Assembly (NCBI GenBank): GCA_003693705.1
Contig: RBZT01000661.1
Span: 1 to 51,578 of the forward strand
Direction: 5' to 3'
Source of the DNA: Polymyxa betae A26-41
Lineage: Eukaryota > Protista > Endomyxa: Phytomyxea
Length of the DNA: 51,578 bases
This document shows, in pieces, positions 1 through 11,626 of this stretch (position 1 is its first letter; each line of letters opens with the position of its first letter). A program made the position numbers and the translations under genes. The notes under the pieces are model-generated. The model worked only from the letters and a program-made list of their open reading frames with translations. It ran no database searches and was not told where the DNA came from.

Positions 1-653
1 ATTTCATGAATTCATCTGTATATTTCTCCACATCATTTGTTGTCTAATAAACATTTTGATTTGCACATTCTGAATTCACACCTTTCATTACTACTACATC
101 AAACTTGTCAGAGGAAAACAGCGAAAGTTGATTTCAGACAAAAGTATTATCTACTGTATGATGAATATTCAATCTTGCTATCTCATAGATCAGAATGTGT
201 AAGAAAATTGACATTATGATCAGGGTAGAGCTGAGTGAGGTTGAGAACTTCCCATACAGCAAACATCAACTAACTTTTTCAGTGATCATGTCAGAATCGT
301 TGTATGGTCATTCAGTTGCGTCGCGACATGTTGAATAGTGAATGCTGTGGTAGGGTTAGGGTTTTATGCAATGCACTCACAAGGAACAAAAAAACTTGAC
401 AAGGACATGATGTCCCATGGTCAGGTCACTACAGCATTATTCAATCACTGACGTTTGAGCTTATGTGGTATAACAGCAAAAGCCGATAGCCCATGGATCG
501 TCTTGATCGTCACCAGACGAGACGAGAGAAAATCGGAGTTGCGACCTGGATTGTGGTCTTCAGGTTCCGAGCCGAAATCGTGGTCGGCTCCGAGATAGTA
601 ATCGGTGATGGAATTGGATCGGAACTCATTGGTTAAATCGTTATTGTGAAGCC

Positions 654-1562
654 ATGAGCAAATCTCTGCTGGTCGCGTTTGCTATTCTGCTGTTTGCTTG
701 CGTTCAGGTTCAGGCATTCTATGACAGCATAGAAGCAAACAAGGCTCGCGCCGGAAACGCCTTCGCCAACGAAGCCGAGGCGAAAAAAGCGGCCGCCGCT
801 CAGGCAGCCAATGTCAACGAAGCCGCCGCCAACGCTGATGAAGCCGCCGCCGATAAAGCAGCTGAGAAGACCGCCGCCGCGAAAAAAGCAGAGAAGTCAG
901 CCGCCGCCGCCAAAGCCAAGAAAGCATTCGTGAACAAGTTCAATTCAGCCAAGGAGGCGGAAGCTTCGAAGGCGGCCAAGGCGACAGCGGCAACAGCGGC
1001 GAAGGAGGCGAACGCCGAGAAAGAAGCAGCTCGGCGTAAGACGGCGAAATTCTCACGCGCCAAGAACCTGGATATTTACTCGAAGAAGGCGTCCGATATC
1101 ACCGATAGCTTCGTGAACGACGAGGAGGCGGCCAAGACGGCGGCAAAGGAAGCGACTCAGAAGGCGACGGCGGCCAAGGCGGCCGAGGCGAGAACGGCCG
1201 CGGCAAAGCGCGCCTCTAACCTCAACGCTGCAGAAGAAGCCGCCAAGAAAGCGAAAACAAACTCGGCCGCCAAAGCTGCGCGTGTCTCGTCGGCCGCCAA
1301 GAATTTCGCGAATCGCGCCAACCAGAACAAGCAGGCGGCGAACAAGTTTGCCCGAAACAAGGCGGCGTTCAATAACGCGCGTCAGGCGGCGATGGGCAAC
1401 CTCGGATATGGAAAGAGAGGTTATGGCGCCTATGGAGGAGGACCTGGATTCGGATTTGGATACCCGATCGGATATGGAGGTGCTCCTGGGTATGGCGGCG
1501 GCGGTCTGGGATATGGTGCTGGCCCTTGGTCGTACGGCTTTGGGTATCCAAGCGCCTACTAA
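654..1562 (+). CDS. Secreted Ala/Lys-rich low-complexity protein with C-terminal Gly/Tyr-rich domain (putative structural/wall protein)
   Basis: Intronless 302-aa ORF. Signal-peptide-like N-terminus (MSKSLLVAFAILLFACVQVQA), Ala/Lys/Glu/Asn helical body, GYG-rich tail. AATAAA immediately after the stop (1563-1568). Confidence 0.85.
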   Translation: MSKSLLVAFAILLFACVQVQAFYDSIEANKARAGNAFANEAEAKKAAAAQAANVNEAAANADEAAADKAAEKTAAAKKAEKSAAAAKAKKAFVNKFNSAKEAEASKAAKATAATAAKEANAEKEAARRKTAKFSRAKNLDIYSKKASDITDSFVNDEEAAKTAAKEATQKATAAKAAEARTAAAKRASNLNAAEEAAKKAKTNSAAKAARVSSAAKNFANRANQNKQAANKFARNKAAFNNARQAAMGNLGYGKRGYGAYGGGPGFGFGYPIGYGGAPGYGGGGLGYGAGPWSYGFGYPSAY

Positions 1563-2130
1563 AATAAATGGCCTTGAATCCTATTGTTTCCGTCTCGAAT
1601 AAACGTTTTCATCGGCTGGCAAATCTTGGGAGAAGTTGCGCAAGCGACAGGCTGGCTGAATGATGGTTGCAGACGATAACGTCACATAGTGCCAGGGACC
1701 TGTACGACGACGACAGCGAACACAGACTGACAGCTGGAACAAACGAACGGGAGATGAAACCCAGCCGCGAATTTCAGTCGATGAGTGCCGAAGCCGGCAG
1801 CATGGCGATCACAACTCGCAGGAACAAGTCGTCCGGGCATCCACCCTGGGTTCCAGCAGCGAAATCAACCAAATCTAGAACACATCCGGGACACAATAAG
1901 TACGCGAATGAAGACATGATATGCAATACGATTGACCTGACGTTAGAACGAAAGATGGCGGTCTAACAGATGAAAACGAAATCAGACAAGCACTGGATGA
2001 GTTACGTCAAGAGCTTGAGAGAGTTCGTGATAACTCCAGACAGCTGCGAGCCGATATGAGAACTTGCATGACGATCATATGGTCGATGCAATCCAATCTG
2101 GTTCGAAAAGTGAAGAAATACAAAGATGAT

Positions 2131-5100
2131 TTATGATGGAAAGCGAAACGGCGGCAGCAGTTGCACTCGGACGATGCCAGCATGGCCGCCGGCAGCGAAT
2201 AACGACGGTCTCGATTGGTCTTGAAAGTTCAGCGCACACCTATTCGAATATCAGAACCGATCGGGATGCTGTGCGTACAGAACGACCTCGTCATCAGCAA
2301 GTTTGGGTTCAACAGCATCTCTGCCGAACCCGCTTTCGGCAACGCCCTGCGAAGCTTCTCGCGCACCGGTTGATTCGCCTTGGCTAGCGTCACGACCTGA
2401 CATCCAATTATAGCGGAGTCGAGAAAGCGGTGAGTCCCACCAACCTTGTATTTTGGAGTAGAAAATTTCGAAAACCGAACCCTGGAAGTTTGAGAAGAAC
2501 CAGGCTTCGTTGACGACATGATCTCGATAACACGATGCTGCTGTGCCTTTTTCTGATTGGAATGTCAGAGAGCACGAACACGATAGCGGTTATGGAAACA
2601 CTGACAAAATAGAGCTTATCGGCAATATGAGAGAACAAGGCCAGGCCATTATCAGTTGTGACAGAAACGATCAGATGAAAGGGAGGCAGTCGCATCACTG
2701 ATAGACTCTGTTCATTATAAGTCAAATATATATCGGTCGTGCTGTAATACAGCTACCGTTGGAGTGACGCCTTCCACAGGAAGATCCAGCCAAAATAGCG
2801 GTGAACTGCAACAAAAGTTGTTCACGCAACTTTCAGTGAATCGGCGATAGTAGGAAGTACCTGGTGCAGCCAGCAGAAAGCGAAAGGAATTTCACACCAT
2901 TGGCCAAAGCGATCATATAGCCTTCTCCATTCTCGATTGATTCAATACCATAGACAGGACCTGACAGAAACCATGGGCGCATGTACTGAAATATTCAAAT
3001 AAGCGTACGATGGGCGTCGTACGACCATATCGGAACGTATGGTGAGCGAAGATTGAAGAGACGAAGGATACCCGAGTGAGTGCCGACGACGAAATGGTAT
3101 TTGTTGTCTCTACTCCATGTCACATTCGTAACACAATCCTATGAGCAATTCAGTAACAGGCTAAAGAGGCGATTCTCGAACTGACATTGACAGTTCGGGC
3201 TACAGGAATGATGAGCTCAGGTTTCTCGCAGCTCTGGCGAATATCGAACAGAAGAACGGTGCCTGAGAAGCAAAGAAGTCCCAATTCAGCCGGAAATGAC
3301 CACGATTCCGTACCTTGATGTGTCCCAGCTAAGATAATTGGCAAGTCGCCGTTTTCGTTTGTAGGATGCCATGCTAACGAATGTGCCTTGTATTCCGATG
3401 AAACATATCTCGACGCAGGCGAGATTCTGAAAGCATGTCATCACGAGTTCATTCAAAAGCTCCGAGCACATACCGAGTTAAAGAGATCGACCCAGAAATA
3501 TAATCAGGGTCGGGAATAGCGAGCACCGCGAACGAGCTATCAGCTCCAGTGACAGCAACGATGCCCAATAACGGAACCATCTCTAACTGAAATCGTCAAC
3601 GATGCGGTCGGATAACAAAGAATGGCGTTTGTGCATACGGACGATGGAGCAGGAAGCTGATATGGGCAGAACTCAGCCGATACGATGCTTCCCATCTGGT
3701 CGATTGCTAGACCGAGCTTGAACGAGATCTCGGCTTGCTCATCACAGCTCGTCACTTTATACAGCTTGAAAACGTTAATTAAGAGCAGGAAAGCCACGAA
3801 AACTTTACCTGAATTAAAGCCGGTTTCTGAGCAAGTTGATCATCAGGACCCGATTGTGAGCATAACATGAGATACTGCACATCTTTCTTGTCTAAAAGCA
3901 TTAAGAATATGGAACGTTCCGATTACAATAGCAGAAACCTGTTTGAATCCATTTGATAACAGTAATAGGGCCGCCGGCATTGATAAAAAGATCCGTCTTA
4001 TCGCTGCTAAAGCAGCGAAACGCTTCCAGAGACACCAACGAATCATGAACCTGGAAATCGATCGACCTGTAGTTGGGGAAGATGAATTGCTGAAGGTGGT
4101 CGTCGGGGAGATCGATGAAGTCGGACGATGAAGGACGGAACGATTCGAATAGAGATTCGGTGGCTGCGTCAATCTGGGGAGCGGTTTTAGCAGTGGTATT
4201 GACCGCCGCTACGTTTGAGGAAATCCTTCGTCTGCCACGTTTGGCTGCAGTTAACAGCTTCTCGTCGTTTCTATGATCACATATCAAAACCGCATAAATG
4301 GCAAATCAATGAGCTCGAAGCAGAAAAATCAAAACGAATAGTTAAACCATGCGCTCTCGAAAATCTTGATCATTGACCGAAAGACAAATTCTCAATTTGG
4401 CTAAATACTTGTAGCGCAAGATGGCGACATCGATTGATTCTCGAGCAAGTGGATTCATTCGAAAAGTGAGGTAGTTGATGATCTCTTCGATAGCGATGCC
4501 AGAAGTTCCGCTGAATGAACGAGCGATCGTATCGTTTTCCGAATTCTGAAAATAACATCATTGAGCATTCACAAACTGATCGAGCGGGTGTCAGATGATT
4601 TACAGGTAGAGACTCTTTCTCGACGTAATACGATTTGAATTCGTCAACAAATTTCTGATCCATATGAAAGGCCCATTGCCAGAGTATATAAAGAAAGACG
4701 CGACTCGAAGCTGGTTTATAGGTCCCCATTAGCGACCCGGACATGTTGCCCTGAAAGAAGGAATATCAAACACGACGTCCAGCAGAACCAGCAGTATCAC
4801 TTGCATTGTTGATGTCCAGAAAATCAGAGAGTTGCATCTGGGAGATATCCATCCGCATGCAGATGAATTTGATACGTGCCCGAAGGTCGGCACGCTTCAT
4901 CTTGCAGTATTTGAGAGCAGCTGGATCCTTCGGAACCCGAACTAACAGGCACAATTTGCAATCAATTTATGGGAATAGAATTCAGAAAGCAGAAGAAAGT
5001 CGACAATTTGCACACACAATGATGGAAAACGGCAAATGAAAAAAAAGAAACAAAAAAAAGATTTTTTCACCTTTTGCAATCTTACTCGTCTCGGGTCGAT

Positions 5101-5585
5101 GGATCTTCTGGAAATAGGGACAGCTTAAAGCAGCTTTCTTCGATTCCGATATCTCCGGTTCATGTTCAGGCTCAGGTATGGTCTCATTCGTTTCGTCCTT
5201 ATCGGGTTCTTTATCAACAGAATCAAATGCTTTCTGAGACAATCGACTGCTGGATCTTCGAGGTCGTTTTATGGCAGCAGGCGGCGGCTCATCAGAAACG
5301 ATTTCAAACTGCACGAGCAAATCTTATAATACTGAATATGTTGACAGATGGTTATGAAACCTCATCATCCTGATCGTCGTCAGAATCGTCGTCGGAACCT
5401 GATAGGGCTCGCTTCTTTCCTCTTCTGCTTCTCCGTTTCGGCGCCTTCACAACCAAGATCGGCTGATCGTCTTCGCTGGACGATTGTTCGGGACTGGATT
5501 CAATTTCCTCCTCCTCCTCTTCTTCCTCGGAAGTCTGTAGCAGCTCACGCCTTCCACGCCTGCCTGATCGACGCTTCGGCGGCAT
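2131..5585 (-). CDS. TFIIIC WD40 subunit-like protein (GTF3C2/Tfc6 family), multi-exon
   Basis: Basic/acidic N-terminus MPPKRRSGRRGRR...EEEEEEEE from ATG 5585. Family-like motifs LFINAGGPITVIKW and LAIDQMGSIVSAEFCP, WD-like GTVLLFDIR, and C-terminal LFAAGGHAGIVRVQ ending at TAA 2131-2133. Internal exon borders are approximate. Confidence 0.7.
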
Positions 5586-5983
5586 CGAGCTCAACAGAAA
5601 TGACAAATTCTCCGCAATTCCCTCTCTGGTCAGAAACGAACTGAACGAATCTCATTTGATGGACGGCAGATGCATCGTTTAGGGAACCATTTCAATGAAC
5701 CTGTGATTTACAGTCTAAGCTCTGTCCTGCCTTTAGGACATCGTAAGGATCGGGTCTAGAATCGTGATGAACGACCATTGCCTCATAACCGATAATTTAC
5801 AGTTATGCCAAAGCAACTGTCAAGATTTTAATTGGTTCTTTATTTACTTCAACTAAGATTTATTCTAGTCTTGAAGATCTTGAAGCACCAAGCTGAATTA
5901 TAATTTTCACAAGAACTTGTCAGCAATATTGGAACTGTTCAGGGATAGCAACTTCTGATAGCGTGTCCAGTGTCCCCATCCCG

Positions 5984-6422
5984 TTATCCTAAGTAAAACC
6001 ACCAAACGGAAATTGCAAGCACGATGAGAACCAGGAAGCTAAGTGCTTCGAAAGTCAGCAACAACCTGCGACTTCTCTTCTGTATGCCAGCAACATTGGT
6101 AGATAGAGCATCTTTGGTTACCATAAATTCTACCAAAGCCGCCTGACGGGTAGTATAATGAGGTGTTAAAGGAGTGGCTGGCATCATGATAATTGTTGAA
6201 TACAGGAATGATCTCAATGCAAATTGATATAATAAATTTTGATACTGGAAACCGAGGCTCCAAAGATCAGGATATTAAACAGGGGTAGCCACACCGTCGA
6301 AACAAAGACTTTCCAGAACTGAAATCCAAAATGATGACAATCGGTACTATGGAAGCCATCAAAGTCAAAGCTATCGTTCCCGGATATGTGAATAATCCCA
6401 GCGATTGATAAAAAAACAACAT
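5984..6422 (-). CDS. Small putative multi-pass membrane protein, unknown
   Basis: Hydrophobic segments (MLFFYQSLGLFTYPGTIALTLMASIVPIVIIL and FLVLIVLAISVWWFYLG*) in exon-sized frames separated by intron-like GT..AG stretches. Splicing is ambiguous. Confidence 0.35.
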
Positions 6423-6469
6423 GAAGCACCGAAAGATCAAGGAGCGAAATAGACTTAAGTTTAACGATA

Positions 6470-7576
6470 TTACGATGGTGGAGCGGGCGGCTGTGCTGGG
6501 AATCCAGGCGGAAGCTGAGGTGGGAATTGGGGCGGTACAAACTGACCTGGAGCGAAATTCGGAGGTGCTTGGAATCCGCCCGGGAACATGGGCGGTGGTC
6601 CATAACCACCTGCATACCTACAAAATAATAAACGAAATGTTAAACAAAGGCGAACTGAATGCATACGGCCCAGGCGGGAAAGGCATCCCTCCAAATGGTG
6701 GCATAACTGGAACGGTGGTCGTGGTTCCTGCAATTCCGGCAGAGAAATGCGAATGGACTCGTGTGGCTGTTTTGGGTTGAATGGCAGCTCGACTTCGCGC
6801 CAGCTGTCGTTCGGCGAATGTTCCATGGCGTTCGCCGTTCGTTCCTAAACGCGAGTTACGATGTGAGCTGGGTGTTCAGATCACAAATCTACCATCTTTC
6901 ATGAACGCATATGAGACATTAATCGGTTTCGAGCAGAGATATTGCCCGTCCATAGCAGTCAATGCTGCATCTGAAGCCTAATGCAGCTTTTCAGTTAAAC
7001 CGCCCCTTAAGAATCGAATAGAAACGCACCTCGAATGAGGCAAAATTAATGAAACCAAAACCTCTCGGGTTTCCACTATCATCATTGATGACTTTGGCAT
7101 TGAGTACTTGGCCAAAGGCACTGAACGTATTGTAAAGCACCTGTCGAAGGATTCAATACAATCATGAACGAATCTGAGGCACAGAACCTGCTCATCAACA
7201 TCGGGGTCGAGGTTTCCGACGAACAGATTCGCTCCAATGTCAAATTCTTCCTTCTCGCGAGACGATCGATTGATTCGAATCGACTGGCCATACAATTTGA
7301 CCATGTTCATGACTTTCATAGCGTAATCGGCGTCCCATTCTGTCCTGAACTCCACGAACGCGTAATTCTGGTGTTGGCTGGTGATCTTATCGGTCGGCAT
7401 GCAAACGTCGACTAAGCAGAATCAGAGAGTAGGCAGGGCCGAGATTCGTCATCCAGACCTAATGGCCCGCATTGGATGAAGAGCTCCCACAGGATCTCCT
7501 CTGTAACCTGCTCAGACAGATTACCGATCCAGAGCGTCGCCGCCTGGTTGCGATCTTGCTGCCTCTGTACCGACAT
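6470..7576 (-). CDS. SF3B4: Splicing factor 3B subunit 4 (SAP49/Hsh49)
   Basis: [31 protein letters not shown], then NYAFVEF...[21 protein letters not shown] and [17 protein letters not shown] (two RRMs), with a Pro-rich tail. Five canonical introns traced. Confidence 0.95.
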
Positions 7577-7929
7577 GACGATTACAACCACGGCGACTAA
7601 ACCCCCAACGCCAGGTGGTCTCTCCAGAAGCAAGCTTCAATGCAATATCGCTCCCACGGACTCCGATTTCTTTGTTGATTTTCTTCGAGGTGTTTTGTTA
7701 CCTACACACCAGGAAGTTCGTCAGAAAGTCCCAATCGCACCTGAATTCGAGGATGGAGCCCAGTTATCAAACGTGCTCGGATTCTACTAGTGGTAGTGCT
7801 GGCATCGCAAAGCGAAAAGTCAAGTGAGATTTGCCCCATAATCAAGATCAATGCGTAATAGCACTACTATTGGGCAGCGACTGGCATCAGAGGAATCGTT
7901 CTACATTAGGGCGTGTTGAAACGCGTTGT

Positions 7930-8579
7930 TTATCTTGACGCGAATTGCGTCCGGACTAGATATTTGACGATGTGATGAAGCAGCTTGGTCGAATATTCAA
8001 CAGGAACGCTAGCAGGAACATGTAGGAAGAGACAAATTCGCTCAGCAGGTGCATTTCTTAACGATTGAAACAGCGAGTATTCACAAAGAAATCGGCCAGC
8101 ATCGCTTGAAACACAGACTGGAACTGGCCAGGTCTCGGTTTGCGTCAAAAATTCCACCAGACTATTTAACAGCTGCTCATCAACCATATAAGCATCAAGG
8201 GCATTTTCGTCGTCTTCAGAACATTCGCCAATGTTATCAAGTGCGGTATAACCCTTGGAATGGGCGACTCTCTCTAAACCTAAATACGTTTTCTGATCAA
8301 CAATGGCGTCTGTGCTGGTGGACCTTGCTTACAATAGCATGGTCGACCGCTAACACCACAATGTATGACGATATCGGGCTTCAGCCTGGCGTGCATATCA
8401 CAGATAATCTCCTGTACCTGTCGATATTGCACAGGCAGCTGATAGGTCTCAATGACAACCCGCTGCACCTGCTCCTGAGATGATAATTCCCGAACGGCCA
8501 GCCAGGAAGGATTGCTATCGTAATTTCGAAATGGCCCAAACCCGGTCACTATAACGGTAACCTGAGAGTGAGAAGCCAT
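7930..8579 (-). CDS. PGPEP1: Pyroglutamyl-peptidase I (peptidase C15)
   Basis: VTGFGPF...NPSW and IHCGVS motifs. Catalytic Glu (LERVA), Cys (DAGRFLCEY) and His (FLHVP). One intron. Confidence 0.93.
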
Positions 8580-8775
8580 GATCGTTATGGTAGAAATTTG
8601 GCTGGCGGATCTATATATGAGTAACTTAACGAGCTTGCTATTGGGCTCACTCTTTTATTCCGAGATAGCAACGATCGTCTCAAGGTTGTTTGTTCTATTT
8701 CTGACGTTGGGCTGGCACCAGTGGTCGAACCTCTAGAGATTGGTCGGACGTTAGCGGTTCAACGGGTACCGGAAC

Positions 8776-8806
8776 CGGCTTGGCTGTCGGCTTGGCTGTC
8801 GGCTTG
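8776..8806. repeat. 12-bp tandem repeat (CGGCTTGGCTGT) x~2.5
   Basis: Directly visible. Lies just 3' of the CaaX gene stop. Confidence 0.8.
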
Positions 8807-8860
8807 CCTAATGGAATCATTCCAACTATTGTTACATTTCACTTTTATGAACCGATTTTT

Positions 8861-11418
8861 CTATATAATCACACAGCAAGATTTCGACGAATTGTTTGAC
8901 GCTGGCAGTTGCTCGTGTTGTCTCTTATTTGTTTCTGGCAGGTCTGTTACAGGTGCAGTGACAGCCGGCTTCTGTTCGTTTCTTTCTTTAATTTCTTCAA
9001 CAGACGGCTTCTGTTCGTTTCTTTCTTTACTTTCTTCAACAGACGGCTTCTGTTCGTTTCTTTCTTTACTTTCTTCAACCTTGTTCTGTTGCTCTTTGAC
9101 TTCTGGCGCCTTGTTATTCTGTTCTGTACTTGGACCTGGCGCATTTTTGGCAAATTCTGCAGTTGAAACCGATTCGCTGCTAATGAAGGGTACTGGTGGC
9201 GACTTTGCTCTCGGTTCATTGCTTATTTTGGCCATCAAAACTCGTTCAAGAGAATCCTTCGTATCCGCTGGCATCGCTTTGGCGACTTCTTTTTCTACAG
9301 TTGCTGTATTAGTAGTGGTCGCCAGTTCAGCAGGCTTCGGATCTTGGCTTGCTTGCCGATGCATTGCTTGCGCTCGAGGACGCTGGTGTAGACCTTTATC
9401 ATTTGGATCGGCAGTTGGCTTCTTCACTAGTTGAACAGAGGGCGATGGAGCTTCTAACACTTCCTCTTCAGCAACGTCCAGGTTGATATCGTCCAGCGAT
9501 ACCGCTGTTTTATGCTTAGGAGCAATAACATGTTGCGTCCGGTCGTCAGGTTTCTGCTGAGGCGCGTCCTTTGCGGTGCTAAATTGCTGAATTCGCGCCT
9601 GCATTTCCGAAGACGTTTGTGGTTTTGGATCTGATCCTGACGACGTTTTCGGAATGCTTTCAGATTCCTTTGCCTGAGTTCCTTCACCGGCGCCTAACTT
9701 CTGTGCATCTTTTGGCTGATCAGAGCCATTGCCATTGCTGTCCTGACCTATCGACTTCCTTCTTTGCTCGTGCTGTTTCGGCATCTCAGGTTCCTTTGCT
9801 GAGTTGTCAAATTTGGTAATGATATCCTTGACAGATTTAGGTCGCGTTAAAGTCGGCTTCTCGGAAGGCGGATCGGCTGGAGTCGGGTTCGGAACAAACT
9901 CGGGAGCGTTGACAGCCGTCGGAGGTAATCCTGATGCTGCAACGAAATCGGGAGTGTTGACAGCTGACAGCGGCAACGTAGACGTCGTTTGCGGCGTGGC
10001 GCTGTTCATAGAACTGGGCACAAATTCGATGGCGTCTGCTGACAATCGCCGGGATGTTGTGACTGGATTTCCATCATTGGCAGCGTCGGCTTCCGTCTGT
10101 GATTTGCCAACTGCAGCAGCTGAACGAATCTCGTTACCGAACTGTTTGATACGCTGCTTAATCTCGGCAGTCTCGGTATCGTCTTGGGTGGGCGCCGGTG
10201 CAGCCGCCGCCATTTCCATGCTGTCTTTAGCGGATTTCGATTTACGACGATTCCTCTTTTTGTTCTTGACGGCTGACTTCTCGGTATCGCCCTGAACTGT
10301 TGCATCATTGTCTTGATTAGCATCGTCTGCGGATGATTCTGGGTTGGTTTCGTTATTCCCTTGTTCTGCATCAAGCTTTGACAAGTTTTGTTTTGGCTGA
10401 TTGTCACCTTGCTTAAGAGCGGCCGCAGATGAATTTTGTTCTTTTTCGGGATCGTCTTGCTTCATATCCGCCATCGATGAATCATTCTTGGGTAGGTTTT
10501 GGTTTTTCGCTCGTGGCTTTCGACCTATTCTTTCGACGTTACTCGAGGAAGGTTCATTTGCATCCTTTTGTTCCTCGTTGGTTGCACCTGGGGTCGTTGA
10601 CTGTGATGCCTGTTCGTTCAGCACGACGCTTTGGGGTTCTTGTGCCTCTGTTGATTTCTGAGTACCATGTCTTTTTACCTGCTGTTTATCTTACCTTTAT
10701 TGTTCTTCTTTTCATCACAAGATTTAGGCCTCGTTGCTTCCTTAATGTCTTTATCGGCCGTCGAAGTTTCTGTTTCAAAGCCTTCTCGTGAGGTCTGATC
10801 TTTTATGGTTGATTCTTGCAGCATATTAGCATTGGCTACATCTCTCTGTTCGGCCTTTTCAGTACTTTGTGAGGGCCCGGTTTCGGTTTTTACTGAATTG
10901 CTGGATTCGGCATTTGCTGAACCCGCACTTGGATTCTTATCGTTAACATTTGGCGAAGTTTCGTTCTCGGCAATTACAGAGTTTTCCGGTTGCGCTATTG
11001 CCGCTTTGTGAACCTCGGCTGGAGAAGTTTCGGTATTTGGAGCCGACGCAGACTTTTCCAGCTGATCCTTCTGTTTAGGGGCGCTTTCAGTCTCAGCGTT
11101 TGCATTTGCTATCGGTTGTTTTTCTGAGGAGCTCTGTCCAGGATGAATTGGGTCATTAACCAAATTCGACACGCTTTCTACGGTGGTATTTAAAGCTGCG
11201 TTCACAGCAGCTTCAACAGCCTGGGCATCGTTGGAACTGTCCGACTGTTGCGATTCGTTCGGGTTTTTCGCTGGATGTGCTTTGAGATTCCTTTCTGCGT
11301 CAGATTTGTCGGAATTTGTAGCCTCTGCTTCCTGAAGAGATGGATTTGACCGTGGGATTGGCTTTTCATTGCCATCAGGATTTGGAGCTCCGCTCTTTGG
11401 AGCGTTCAGTTCCGACAT
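8861..11418 (-). CDS. Large disordered protein with PAM2-like motifs and C-terminal CCVII (CaaX) prenylation signal
   Basis: Two long ORFs are joined in frame by a 47-nt GT-AG intron (10648-10694). Motifs RRLSADAIEFVPSS and AVNAPEFVPN. Ends SKSCCVII*. Confidence 0.8.
8966..9079. repeat. 39-bp coding tandem repeat x3 (VEESKERNEQKPS)
   Basis: Near-identical units start at 8966, 9005 and 9044. Confidence 0.95.
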
Positions 11419-11626
11419 TTCTTAACCGTTGCGTTCCCACGATTATAAGATCTATTAGGGATACGGCACACGCGATCCATGTGTACAAAACTCGTGAAAT
11501 ATCTTGCTGTTTGCGACTGCATGCCAATGACTACATTACTAAGTGCTGACTGACAATTCTTTGCTTTTAGACTGAAAATACTGACTAAATATAAATAATT
11601 ATCAATAACATGTCAATGGTTCGGGT

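Noticed and set aside
351-363. TAGGGTTAGGGTT telomere-like repeat
   Set aside because: Only about two units. Not a telomere or interstitial array, at most a telo-box-like motif.
569-590. GAGCCGA/TCGGCTC 7-bp hairpin upstream of the secreted protein
   Set aside because: A single short stem, expected by chance.
1667-1966. 99-aa ORF between convergent genes
   Set aside because: No recognisable motif and a non-ATG start. Probably UTR.
8721-10791. Long plus-strand ORFs (237, 163 and 120 aa)
   Set aside because: Antisense shadows of the low-complexity minus-strand gene.
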